DNA from: Candidatus Bathyarchaeota archaeon
GTDB lineage: Archaea; Thermoproteota; Bathyarchaeia; 40CM-2-53-6; RBG-13-38-9
DNA length: 41,609 nucleotides
Reading direction: 5' to 3'
Assembly (NCBI GenBank): GCA_018396565.1
Contig: JAGTQO010000004.1
Location: forward strand, 1 to 41,609
This document shows positions 8,359 to 17,222 of this stretch, one piece after another (the first letter of the stretch is position 1; every line of letters starts with the position of its first letter). The position numbers and the translations under genes were made by a program. Below the pieces are notes generated by a model. It saw only the letters and a list, made by a program, of their open reading frames with translations, was not told where the DNA came from and made no database searches.

Positions 8359-9750
8359 CTAATCAGCTTCTCCCCTTATCTTCGAATATCTATACATCAC
8401 AGCCAGTGCTTGAGCAGCTTCCTCAGGTGAGTAATAGACTGGGATATTCTCCTTCTCAAGTATTGCTCTCATCTTCTCAACCAAAACCCAATCGCTTGAT
8501 GCGTAAGCGATTATGGGTTTGTCAGGATGTTTCCTTGAAGCCTCAGATATGAATCTGTGATCTTTTAATTCGAATCCTTCAGTAAACTGGAACCCTGCAA
8601 TTATGGCGTCGACGTTCTCATCCTCGAAAAGAGCCTCGATCCCGACTTTGTAAGCTTCATCAACCCCTATATATGTGACTGAAGGCCAGATATCGTAAGG
8701 GTTCCCAACCCTTATGAACGGTGGGCTGGCCTTTCTGAATCTTTCAAGGGTCTTCTCCGAGAGGTTTGCTAGGTCGAGGCCTAGAAGTTGGCATGCGTCT
8801 GCGCTTATTACGCCCAAGCCTCCGGAGGGCGTTATGACCCCTACTTTATTGCCTTTTGGAGGTTGCTGGAACACGAAGGCCTTAGTATAATTTACCAGGT
8901 CCATATAGTTATTGACCCTTATAACACCGGCCTGCTTAAGAGCCGCATCCAATATAGCATCGTCTGCTGCAAGTGAAGCCGTATGCGACATAGCAGCCTT
9001 AGAGCCTGCAGGTGTCCTCCCCGACTTCAATGCTAAGATAGGCTTCTTCTTTGACACTCTCTTGGCAACTTCCACGAATCGTCTACCGTCCTTCAAACCT
9101 TCGATATACATAGCTATGACCTTCGTGTGGGGGTCGCTCTCTAAATACTCTAGGGCGTCAGCATCGTCTACGTCACACTTGTTCCCTAATCCTATTATCC
9201 TACTTATCCCGAAATTCTCCCTAGTCACTATCCACCTGAAAGTTATTGATGCAAAGTTTCCAGTCTGAGCTATGTAGGCGGCTGATCCAGGATTATAGTC
9301 TACCTTGAAGAAGGTTGTTGAGAATCGTCCTGGAATGCTGACTATTCCAGTTGTATTCGGCCCAATGATCCTCATTCCATATTTTCGGCCAATCTCCACA
9401 ATCTCTTGCTGCATCTTAGCGCCTTTCTCATCTACCTCACTGAATCCTCCTGCAATTATAACCGTATGTTTTACTCCTTTCTCAGCCAGGTCCTTTACAA
9501 CGCCCACTACAGCCTCAGCGGGTACAAGTACCAATCCTACATCGACAGGTTCAGGTATGTCCTTGACGTTTGGATACGCCTTCAGCCCCTGAATCTCATT
9601 AGCTTTTGGATTTACTGGAAAGATCTTTCCTGGATACCCGAGCCTGATCAGGTTCTCAACTGCAACATAACCCAGTTTTCCAGGTGTGGTCGACGCTCCT
9701 ACGACAGCTACGCTTTTAGGGTTGAAGAATTTATCTAGACTCGTCTTCAT
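8359..9750 (-). CDS. acdA: ADP-forming acetyl-CoA synthetase, alpha (CoA-binding/CoA-ligase) subunit
   Basis: FFNPKSVAVVGAS...PGKLGY...VNPK (CoA-binding Rossmann fold) and MSHTASLA (phosphohistidine loop). The start was placed at MKTSLDKFF (ATG 9750), preceded by GGAG. Confidence 0.8.
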   Translation of the reverse strand: MKTSLDKFFNPKSVAVVGASTTPGKLGYVAVENLIRLGYPGKIFPVNPKANEIQGLKAYPNVKDIPEPVDVGLVLVPAEAVVGVVKDLAEKGVKHTVIIAGGFSEVDEKGAKMQQEIVEIGRKYGMRIIGPNTTGIVSIPGRFSTTFFKVDYNPGSAAYIAQTGNFASITFRWIVTRENFGISRIIGLGNKCDVDDADALEYLESDPHTKVIAMYIEGLKDGRRFVEVAKRVSKKKPILALKSGRTPAGSKAAMSHTASLAADDAILDAALKQAGVIRVNNYMDLVNYTKAFVFQQPPKGNKVGVITPSGGLGVISADACQLLGLDLANLSEKTLERFRKASPPFIRVGNPYDIWPSVTYIGVDEAYKVGIEALFEDENVDAIIAGFQFTEGFELKDHRFISEASRKHPDKPIIAYASSDWVLVEKMRAILEKENIPVYYSPEEAAQALAVMYRYSKIRGEAD

Positions 9751-9882
9751 ATCTCCACTTTCCCCCCTCAAAGAAATATTCAATTGATAAAAAGATTTTC
9801 TATTTCTAGGGTTAAACCCCATCTGGTCGTTTTAATAAGTTTTATTAGCCCTACCCTACATCGCCTATATAGGGTGTTAAGT

Positions 9883-10593
9883 ATGGTGAAGATAATAGAT
9901 CTCAGCCAAGAGATATATAATGGGATGCCTGTCTTCCCAGGCCACCTGAATACTGTGATATTCCCATTCCACACCCATGAGGGGACAGTAGGTAAGATCC
10001 ATGGGACCAAAGGCGGATTCACCTATACAACTTTCGGTCTACTCATGTCTGATCATGGTCCTACCCACACTGACTCGATATGGCATATATGTAACAAGCC
10101 AGGTGCCAAGAAGATAGATGAGATCCCCCTCGAATGGTTCTACACGAGCGCAATATGTCTGGACTTCACACATATCAAACCTCGAGGGATCATATCAGTT
10201 AAGGATCTTGAGGATGCCTTGGTCAAGGCCAGACTCGATGTTAGGAAGGGAGACACTGTGCTCCTTTACACAGGGCACTATACCAGGACCTATCCGAGAC
10301 CCGAGTATCTGACTGAGAATCCAGGTTTAGATTACGATTCCACAGCTTGGCTTGCCGAGCGTGGTGTAGTCAATATTGGGATAGACGCCACAACAATAGA
10401 TTCATGTGGAAATACTGCTACAGGCTTCTTCCCTGCTCATGAGGTCTGCTGTGAATACGGTATAATGAATACTGAGAACCTATGCAATCTAGATAAGGTT
10501 GCAGGGAGACGCTTCACATACGTTGGTCTACCCCTCAAGATACGTGGAGGCACAGGGTCGCCGATAAGGGCCGTAGCTGTCCTTGAAGAGTAG
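9883..10593 (+). CDS. Putative cyclase / kynurenine-formamidase-like metal hydrolase (PF04199-like)
   Basis: MVKIIDLSQEIYNGMPVFPGH... and DHGPTHTDSIWH (HxGTHxD-type motif). Confidence 0.65.
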   Translation: MVKIIDLSQEIYNGMPVFPGHLNTVIFPFHTHEGTVGKIHGTKGGFTYTTFGLLMSDHGPTHTDSIWHICNKPGAKKIDEIPLEWFYTSAICLDFTHIKPRGIISVKDLEDALVKARLDVRKGDTVLLYTGHYTRTYPRPEYLTENPGLDYDSTAWLAERGVVNIGIDATTIDSCGNTATGFFPAHEVCCEYGIMNTENLCNLDKVAGRRFTYVGLPLKIRGGTGSPIRAVAVLEE

Positions 10594-10603
10594 ATAATAT
10601 AAA

Positions 10604-10614
10604 TTTTCTTTTTT
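10604..10614 (+). terminator. Oligo-T tract downstream of the cyclase gene (archaeal-type terminator candidate)
   Basis: TTTTCTTTTTT lies 10 nt after the stop codon, in a convergent intergenic gap. Confidence 0.3.
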
Positions 10615-10660
10615 ATCAATTACTCTTAGAACCTTTCTATTTCTGCTTTTCCAAGGGAAG

Positions 10661-11761
10661 CTAGTAGGAGTCAGCCATCTCCAGTTTAGCAGGTAAATAC
10701 TCGTCAACTATGTATGTTAAGCCATATCTACTGAATGCTTCCTGCTCAGCCTTCTTCTTTATCCTCATGAATGTCTCTATCTCTCTGCTCCAGATTTTAC
10801 CTTCATATCTTGGGTCCTTCCTCAATTCATGTAGCCTCTTGATGTCTAGCTCCGTCAATTTATCGCTTGGGAGCTTATACTCAACTATGTCTGAGGCCCA
10901 TACGCCGAACCACTTCGCATCCGGTGTGTTCAAGTCGCGGAGGTGTGCGGCGTTCGCTGAACCCGATATTATAACCATCGCAATATGCATACCCCAAGGG
11001 TCTCCGTCTGTGAATATGTATACAGGTAGGCCGAGTTCCTGATTCAACCTCCTAAGGAAGCTTCTTGTAGCCCTCGGCGCTTGGCCCGCTGTATGGACTA
11101 GGAGGGCCTTATGTTTGATGTGCACCCGCTCCTCTATGAATCTTGTGAAGAGGCCCCCCTTCTCTATTGCTATAACTTTATCCGCTTTACAGTCGATAAA
11201 CTCGGCCCCTGTCAGCGCAGGCCCTATCATCATGCCATCTGGGTGTGAGGTGAGGTTGAGTCTCCTTCCTTCATATCCTGGAATCGTATACTCTATGGTC
11301 AGGTCTCCGAATATTGCGCTCCTCTCTTCAGGGAAGACGTTGAAGTCTTCTCTTGAATATCCTATAACGGTCTCAAGGTCTGTGATGAGGTTGTCGCTCT
11401 CCTGCTGGTCTGTGAAGGACATCTCATAGGCTTGGGCTGAGTAGAAGACGTCTCTGAGGGTGCTGGTCTTACTCTGTCTGGTCAGGTCGTTGACGAACAT
11501 AGCTGTCCAAATCAGCTGGGTTAAGGGTCTGATATGTCTGATGTTTCTTGAGCTTCTTCTCACACTCCTGTTGCCCAATATGTACTGTCTGAGTTTCTGG
11601 TCGTATAGTATGTTGTTTATTGATCTGCTAGGCATCTTTATCCACGGAAACTCTCCCGCAATTATTTGGCGGTAGATCCTCTCACCTAGGTTTTGGAGGG
11701 ATGTAAGAACCTTCTCCTTCCTCTCTCTGACAGCTCCCCTTGAAGACTCATTCTTCGACAT
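10661..11761 (-). CDS. top6A: DNA topoisomerase VI subunit A (Spo11 family)
   Basis: LRDVFYSAQ (catalytic Tyr region). Toprim motifs IAIEKGG and FTDGDPWG. Overlaps the top6B C-terminal ORF by 14 nt. Confidence 0.95.
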   Translation of the reverse strand: MSKNESSRGAVRERKEKVLTSLQNLGERIYRQIIAGEFPWIKMPSRSINNILYDQKLRQYILGNRSVRRSSRNIRHIRPLTQLIWTAMFVNDLTRQSKTSTLRDVFYSAQAYEMSFTDQQESDNLITDLETVIGYSREDFNVFPEERSAIFGDLTIEYTIPGYEGRRLNLTSHPDGMMIGPALTGAEFIDCKADKVIAIEKGGLFTRFIEERVHIKHKALLVHTAGQAPRATRSFLRRLNQELGLPVYIFTDGDPWGMHIAMVIISGSANAAHLRDLNTPDAKWFGVWASDIVEYKLPSDKLTELDIKRLHELRKDPRYEGKIWSREIETFMRIKKKAEQEAFSRYGLTYIVDEYLPAKLEMADSY

Positions 11762-12605
11762 ATTTTGCGATGCTCCCTAAAAGTTTCTTGACGTCTGGAA
11801 TCTTCTCTCTATTCGCAAGTTTGGCTGAGAAGGATGCGATCTTTGGCAGATACTTTGAGAATACATCGAGCCTCCTCCTCTCTCTCTCCATATGGTGTTT
11901 CCTAGATAAAAATAGGGCAAGTTGCCTGGCGACCTCCCTCAGAGCGTTCAGAATCTCATGTTCAACCTCAGGCCTATCCGCTATGAACTCTTTCCCAACG
12001 GTCTTGTAGGGTATCTTGAGGCTGCATATGTGGATGAAGACCGCGATAGGTGTCTCTGGTGTGACTTTGTAGTGTCTCCAGTTCATCAACTCGTTCACAA
12101 CCTTATATGATATGTCGCTGGCCTCATCGAATAGAAGCGGTATCCTATTCGCGAATCTGTATAGTAGGATGCCGTCTGTCTTGAGTATGCCTCCGCCGTA
12201 GGCTACCCCAACCTCGACTATGAATGGAAATCCCGAATAAGCCGCCGGCTTCCTCTGGTGAACGGCAACAAATTCAGGGTTGAGCTCCTTCTTTATCCCT
12301 GTCTTCAGAAGGTCCTTCCCTAAAGGTGATAGGCAACTTGCGTCTGGAGGGAGGAATCCATCGTAATTCTTAAGGGCGTTCACGAGCCTAACGATCTCGT
12401 CTTGGGTGAGCCTCTTAGGATTCTTCTTGATTCCGACGTCCGCAAACTCTAGGAACCTCCTAGCTATCTTCTCGCCAACCCTCTGGAAATGCTTCTTCAT
12501 AAACTCCTTCATAGTCTTGGAGTCTGTAGCCTCAATCATCCTCTTCAGGGTCTCTATGTCTATTCCATGTGGATGGGGTGTAGTCTCACTTGGAGGCTTG
12601 GGCAT
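11748..12605 (-). CDS. top6B: DNA topoisomerase VI subunit B, C-terminal fragment (H2TH + transducer domains)
   Basis: MPKPPSETTPHPHGID...LTQDEIVRLVNALK...RKPAAYSGFPFIVEVGVAYGG is the H2TH/transducer part of Top6B. It is in the same reading frame as 12621..14486, separated from it by TGA-TAG plus 4 codons. No Shine-Dalgarno motif is evident upstream. Confidence 0.85.
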   Translation of the reverse strand: MPKPPSETTPHPHGIDIETLKRMIEATDSKTMKEFMKKHFQRVGEKIARRFLEFADVGIKKNPKRLTQDEIVRLVNALKNYDGFLPPDASCLSPLGKDLLKTGIKKELNPEFVAVHQRKPAAYSGFPFIVEVGVAYGGGILKTDGILLYRFANRIPLLFDEASDISYKVVNELMNWRHYKVTPETPIAVFIHICSLKIPYKTVGKEFIADRPEVEHEILNALREVARQLALFLSRKHHMERERRRLDVFSKYLPKIASFSAKLANREKIPDVKKLLGSIAKYVEE

Positions 12606-12620
12606 GATGCTTGTTGCCTA

Positions 12621-14486
12621 TCAGAACCTGTATAGTCTACCCCTGGGATCCACAAAAGTCAGGTTTGCATATGGGACGACTATGGCGGTCTCCTTCAAAT
12701 ATTCAAGGATCTTGGGCATGGCTCTTGAGTAATCGGCTTCAGTAGTGAACTCAACAATCGTTCCATGCCATCTCGACTTGTTGATGTGGACCCTATGTTT
12801 TGTAACTATAGGCTTGTTCCTCTGTATGTCCATCATCAAGACATACTCATGAATCTTGGATGTTCCTACACTTGAGATGACTCTCGTCTGGCCGTGGGTG
12901 GTTATCTGACCGTAGAGGACAGCCATCTTTCCGCCGAGGCCGAATGTTCCTCGGGTGTTATGGCAACAGACGCCTCCTAACCCGCATATGAAATTCTCTC
13001 TTCCAGGTATAGATAGATCGTAAGCGTAGGGTGAGGTTGACTTGACCCTTCTCAATTCGATTATCCTGCAGAACACGAAATCCGGATAATCAGCTGAAGT
13101 TTTGAAGGCCTCATTAGATTCTTTGGCTCCAACCTTCAAAGCCTCATCAAGATTCCGGCCTAACATTTTAATTACATACATTGTATTATTCTTATCCAGC
13201 TCCAATTCTTCGACTGTTGGGAAGACTCCTATAGACATCAACAGATACATCAAATCATAGGCTAGTTTTCGCCTTCGGGTTGGAAAAGATATATGCTCAC
13301 CATCAGCTACGTATCCTCCACCGTTGTATAGGCCTTCTATGAACGCCATCCTGAGCTCGGTGGGGATGTTGAATGCAATTTTAGGGATCTCCCCACTATT
13401 CACTCCTTCTATTTCAATACTGATCGAGGTGGCAGTTGACCCTGGATTGTTCAAAACGAGTCCAGACTCGAGGGAAAAGAAGATTTCAACTTGTTCTTCA
13501 ATATTTGGAGTATCTTTGAATGTTACGGCTAGTTCGTTTGACTGTTCAATTTGAGACCCATCTATTCTAATGGTTGGGCCCTTCTGGAGTTTTTCACCTC
13601 TGCCTACGACGTATCCTAGAGAACTCATGAATTCTTTCGTGAGTGGGATACGTGAATTCTTAGGCTCATCTTCTGCTCTATGATGGCTCAGGCATTTATA
13701 GATGTTTCTGGATGGGTTGCCAGGAAGATTCTCATGTTTATTTGAATTATCCCACTTTGCATGGGTTTTGAGCGGTTTCTCCGATTTTTCACCTTCAACT
13801 TTATATGTGTTGAAAGGTAAGGTTCTTGGAACTGCAACATACTCACCGACCTTCATCTGTTCAACATCTTTCAAGGCGATCCTGCCGTCTTTCATAATGA
13901 ATATGCTGTGGCCGCCGGTTACTCTGACCTTTCTGCCACCCTCCAGCCTAACCTCATATAGTGGCTCATCGACTGTGTGTCTGGAGACATGTGATATTCT
14001 GCCCCATGAGAACCTGAAGTTCTCAAGGTTGAAAGCTAAGGTCTCATAGCCTCTCTCATGAATATTCTTAATAATCTCGTTAGGTTTGAGGAATTGCTCG
14101 ACGAACCTTCCTATCTCGACAGATTCAATGTTCCGCCCATTTCTTATCAGTATCCTCTCGTTGTAGTCTACGCTCTGCCTGAGTCTGTATTTCGAGCCGA
14201 AGAGGACTTGGCCGAAAGCCGATGGTATAACCTCGGCTGGAAGGCCTGAACCGTTATCTTGGATCCTTATCTTGTAAACAGCGGGATCCGCTGTGGTCTC
14301 AGCCTGAGGGGAGACCCTTATGTAGATGTCTGGGAGGATGCCATGGATCTCACATGCATCCAGAGAGTTCTCAACCAACTCTCTAATTGTTGAGTATAAT
14401 GCCCTCGAAGGATTTGTGAAACCTGCGATATCCCTGTTCCTATAGAAGAAGTCTGACGGGGTTATCTCCTTGAACTCTTCAGCCAA
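12621..14486 (-). CDS. top6B: DNA topoisomerase VI subunit B, N-terminal GHKL ATPase fragment containing an intein
   Basis: Bergerat-fold motifs ELVENSLDA (N box) and QDNGSGL (G1). The G2 box is split: FGSKYRLRQ | intein | TRGTFGLGG. TTG start with GGTGA upstream. The ORF ends ..FVDPRGRLYRF TGA TAG. Confidence 0.9.
   Translation of the reverse strand: MAEEFKEITPSDFFYRNRDIAGFTNPSRALYSTIRELVENSLDACEIHGILPDIYIRVSPQAETTADPAVYKIRIQDNGSGLPAEVIPSAFGQVLFGSKYRLRQSVDYNERILIRNGRNIESVEIGRFVEQFLKPNEIIKNIHERGYETLAFNLENFRFSWGRISHVSRHTVDEPLYEVRLEGGRKVRVTGGHSIFIMKDGRIALKDVEQMKVGEYVAVPRTLPFNTYKVEGEKSEKPLKTHAKWDNSNKHENLPGNPSRNIYKCLSHHRAEDEPKNSRIPLTKEFMSSLGYVVGRGEKLQKGPTIRIDGSQIEQSNELAVTFKDTPNIEEQVEIFFSLESGLVLNNPGSTATSISIEIEGVNSGEIPKIAFNIPTELRMAFIEGLYNGGGYVADGEHISFPTRRRKLAYDLMYLLMSIGVFPTVEELELDKNNTMYVIKMLGRNLDEALKVGAKESNEAFKTSADYPDFVFCRIIELRRVKSTSPYAYDLSIPGRENFICGLGGVCCHNTRGTFGLGGKMAVLYGQITTHGQTRVISSVGTSKIHEYVLMMDIQRNKPIVTKHRVHINKSRWHGTIVEFTTEADYSRAMPKILEYLKETAIVVPYANLTFVDPRGRLYRF
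12957..14174 (-). mobile_element. Intein (406 aa, LAGLIDADG homing-endonuclease type) inserted in the Top6B ATP-lid/G2 motif
   Basis: Ser1 (SVDYNERILI, block A), block B RVTGGHSIFI (TxxH), LAGLIDADG-like LGYVVGRGE and FIEGLYNGGGYV, block F YAYDLSIPGRENFICG, and block G GVCCHN followed by Thr+1. Removing it restores ..RLRQ-TRGTFGLGG.., which fits the conserved Q(S/T)RG..G.G of Top6B. Confidence 0.85.
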
Positions 14487-14547
14487 AAACTTTCACCTAT
14501 CCATCGCATTCACATATTCAGGTCAGATGTGTGTTGTGTCTTGTAAA

Positions 14548-15135
14548 TTATTCCGGATGGATCCAAAGCTCAGTCATTCTCTTTTTCTTCTCCTCATGTC
14601 TGCGCCTTCTCAGAAACTTGTATACTGTTGAATGTTGCTTTCCCTCAATCAACATAGATATGGCTTCCCTAGCCGTGGATACGGCTTCATAGTCTCCAGT
14701 GATGGCTACGGTGTGGCCATATATTGACATGTCTGTTCCTGTGAGTTCCTCAAGCGCCCTTCTCATCTTCCCGTTTCGACCGATGATCCTTCCCTTCACC
14801 CTTGTTATGTCGCTGTCGCTCTTTCCAAAGATCTCCCTAAGATCTATTATGTCCAAGATGATATCGTCGCTCTTGAGTTTGAGGGCGTCTTCAGGTGAGA
14901 ATCCTCTCGCGATGGCTGTAACTGCGTCACGGGCCTTCAAGACGTTTGTGAGGTCGCCGTCCTGTGTTTGAGTTATCTCTATTGTTCCACTTTCGCTGTC
15001 TATATTCAGATTCACCTTGAAGATTCTTTCAATCCTATCTTTTACTTTCCCATCCTCCCCTATTATTACCCCTATTCTCTCTCTTGGAACCAATAGGCTG
15101 AACCTATTCTGCATCCTCACCAGCCACGCGTCCAT
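14548..15135 (-). CDS. KH-domain RNA-binding protein (archaeal Dim2/Pno1-like)
   Basis: Two KH modules (IGVIIGEDGKVKDRIE; GRIIGRNGKMRRALEE). It occupies the conserved aIF1A-Rio1-KH gene order. The true start may be Met8 (15114). Confidence 0.75.
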   Translation of the reverse strand: MDAWLVRMQNRFSLLVPRERIGVIIGEDGKVKDRIERIFKVNLNIDSESGTIEITQTQDGDLTNVLKARDAVTAIARGFSPEDALKLKSDDIILDIIDLREIFGKSDSDITRVKGRIIGRNGKMRRALEELTGTDMSIYGHTVAITGDYEAVSTAREAISMLIEGKQHSTVYKFLRRRRHEEKKKRMTELWIHPE

Positions 15136-15907
15136 ATAATTTTTCTGCAGATGGAATATCTAGACCCATCTTTGAGAAGAACTTATGAATGTTATATAGG
15201 TCTCTTCTGAGGAAGGTTCTCGCCATGGGGTGGTCTAGTTTGACTGCTTGGGAGACATCGAAGAAGACAGGCTTATCCTCCCATATCATGATGTTATATT
15301 CACTCAAGTCCCCATGTACGAGTCCTGCGATACGGTATAGTTTCTCGACGCCTTCAATTATTAGGTCGAAGGTTTTCCCAGGATCTTGCAAGGGGACCTC
15401 TTTGAGTAGGGGGGCTGGGGTACCATCCTCCCCTATGAACTCCATTATCAATATGTTCTTCTCCACCGCAACCCTTCTTGGAACTCTGACGCCTGCGTCC
15501 CAAGCCAACTTTAGATTCTCAAACTCCTTAAGGGCCCAACGGTATATGAGGGCTCTTGTGCTTCTGTCGATACTCTTGAACCTTGGGTCACCATCGATAT
15601 ATTGTAATATCCCCCTACGAAATTCAGATGAGACCGTGAGGTATATCTTGATCGCTAAGTCCTCTCCCCTCATACTCTTCCCCCAGTAGATCTTCGACTC
15701 CTTTCCAGCTTTGACTGCTCCGTAGACTTCCTTTAGATATCCTTTATTGAGTAGATTGTATAGGGCCATCAAGGTTGGTTTATCGAAGACTTCCTCTAAT
15801 ACTTCCATCTCTTCGCTTCTTTTTCTCCGCATCCTTCTCTCAAAATCATACCTCTTCTCTCTAAGCTTGAGCCTCTCCCTTGTCTTATCCTCTAAAAATT
15901 TACTCAA
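15104..15907 (-). CDS. rio1: RIO-type serine/threonine protein kinase (Rio1)
   Basis: GKESKIY...AIKIY...LVHGDLSEYNIM...FFDVSQAV are RIO kinase signatures. The ~266-aa size, without an N-terminal wHTH, fits Rio1. Confidence 0.85.
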   Translation of the reverse strand: MSKFLEDKTRERLKLREKRYDFERRMRRKRSEEMEVLEEVFDKPTLMALYNLLNKGYLKEVYGAVKAGKESKIYWGKSMRGEDLAIKIYLTVSSEFRRGILQYIDGDPRFKSIDRSTRALIYRWALKEFENLKLAWDAGVRVPRRVAVEKNILIMEFIGEDGTPAPLLKEVPLQDPGKTFDLIIEGVEKLYRIAGLVHGDLSEYNIMIWEDKPVFFDVSQAVKLDHPMARTFLRRDLYNIHKFFSKMGLDIPSAEKLYGRVAGEDAE

Positions 15908-15916
15908 TATCTCTCC

Positions 15917-16225
15917 CTATTTCGTAGGGAGGTAACCCTTCTCCCTGAGGGTGTCAACTTGACTCTGCGTGTAACGCCAGATAATGTCTCCCCTCTCATT
16001 GTATTGGAAGTCCCATGGATCCACTAGGACAGCGTCGCCGACTCTGACCCATACCTTCCTCTTCATCTTCCCCCTGATTCTGCATAGCCTCTCATACCCG
16101 TCGGCGCATTTGACCCTGACCCTATCGTAGCCTAGAAGTTGCGATACGAAGCCGACTACCTGCCTTGGCCCAGGCAAAACCATCTCCTTCAACTCTTCTT
16201 CGCTGATGACTTTCTTCTTCCCCAA
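15917..16225 (-). CDS. eif1A: Translation initiation factor aIF-1A
   Basis: S1-like OB fold: VGFVSQLLGYDRVRVKCADGYERLCRIRGKMKRKVWVRVGDAVLV. Confidence 0.9.
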   Translation of the reverse strand: MGKKKVISEEELKEMVLPGPRQVVGFVSQLLGYDRVRVKCADGYERLCRIRGKMKRKVWVRVGDAVLVDPWDFQYNERGDIIWRYTQSQVDTLREKGYLPTK

Positions 16226-16386
16226 TCTATCCTCTGCAGCTCCATACTTTCGAGTATGATGATTTTTGATCTGACTATGGTACCACGAGTGTAGATAAAG
16301 GTTTGGCTTATAAACTGCTCCGATATTGAGATATTACAAAATATTTTTTATCGATTCATCTATTTGTAGGTGAGGTCCCTTTTTCT

Positions 16387-16695
16387 TCAAAGCTTTAGGA
16401 GTTGCACATGCGGAATCCCCGCAATGTATATGATGGCGTCTGGGTCCACAAGTTTACTATCGACAGCCATCTTCACGGCGTTCCTGCCCACCAAGTTACC
16501 CATATCTGCGTCGAGCAATTGTTTTAGTGCCTCAGATGCTGTTACAAGCTCACCCCCATAGAATTTGCTCGTAACCTCAAGCTTCAGTTTACCCTCTCTA
16601 AAGGTCTTTCCTATGAGGTCGCTGTCACAGACAGCAACCAGTTTCTGTCTATCCTTCATATATACTTTCACATAGACTTTTTCCAATGCGGACAT
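16387..16695 (-). CDS. DUF424 family protein
   Basis: VYVKVYMKDRQKLVAVCDSDLIGKTF...IAGIPHVQLL resembles archaeal DUF424. It lies immediately downstream of aIF2-beta. Confidence 0.6.
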   Translation of the reverse strand: MSALEKVYVKVYMKDRQKLVAVCDSDLIGKTFREGKLKLEVTSKFYGGELVTASEALKQLLDADMGNLVGRNAVKMAVDSKLVDPDAIIYIAGIPHVQLLKL

Positions 16696-16697
16696 CT

Positions 16698-17132
16698 CTA
16701 AACAGGCTTTACAGGAGATTTTGCACCGCAGGCTTCACATGTTAAGGTTGTGAATCTTCCAGATTTCTCAATCTTTGTGTCGGGTCCCTTACATATCGGG
16801 CAGATAACATATCTTGTTACGTATATGTGTATAAGTTGGCCTATTGTTGCCTCATGGAATTTTCCTTGAAAGTATACTCTCTGGCCATCATATGTGCCTG
16901 CTGTCGCCATCTCCTTAGATAGAAATTTGAGAACATGTTGGGGTGACCTATTCAATCTCCTCGCTAATTCATTGAAGTTGTGTATGACTGTTCTAGTCCC
17001 GAAAACGGTAACCTCAGGCTTCGGCTCCTCGAATCTTTCTCCACTAGTCGTCCTCTTAGGGATCATGCTCAATGCTCGGTCAAGGGACTTTATGTACTCC
17101 TCTTCCATAGGGACTCTCACATCGACCTGCAC
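16698..17132 (-). CDS. eif2b: Translation initiation factor aIF-2 beta subunit
   Basis: TVIHNFNELARRLNRSPQHVLKFLSKEMATAG plus the C-terminal zinc ribbon ICPICKGPDT...LTCEACGA. Confidence 0.9.
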   Translation of the reverse strand: MQVDVRVPMEEEYIKSLDRALSMIPKRTTSGERFEEPKPEVTVFGTRTVIHNFNELARRLNRSPQHVLKFLSKEMATAGTYDGQRVYFQGKFHEATIGQLIHIYVTRYVICPICKGPDTKIEKSGRFTTLTCEACGAKSPVKPV

Positions 17133-17222
17133 TAAGATATTTCATGCTCACCTATTAAATATGGAGGTAGACTTACAAGATACCTTTAACCATATCCGTT
17201 CCAATCTTAATCTCCAAACTGA

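Noticed and set aside
12618-12623. Possibility that the TGA-TAG pair in top6B is recoded (selenocysteine/pyrrolysine) or read through.
   Set aside because: TGA and TAG terminate many ordinary genes in this window. Two different recoding events on adjacent codons is implausible. I see no SECIS-like hairpin right after the site. The region is a linker where no special residue is expected.
16245-16270. Perfect C-box word ATGATGA followed by CTGA upstream of aIF1A.
   Set aside because: Only 8 nt separate the boxes instead of about 12. No C'/D partner follows, and the site lies in the aIF1A promoter region.
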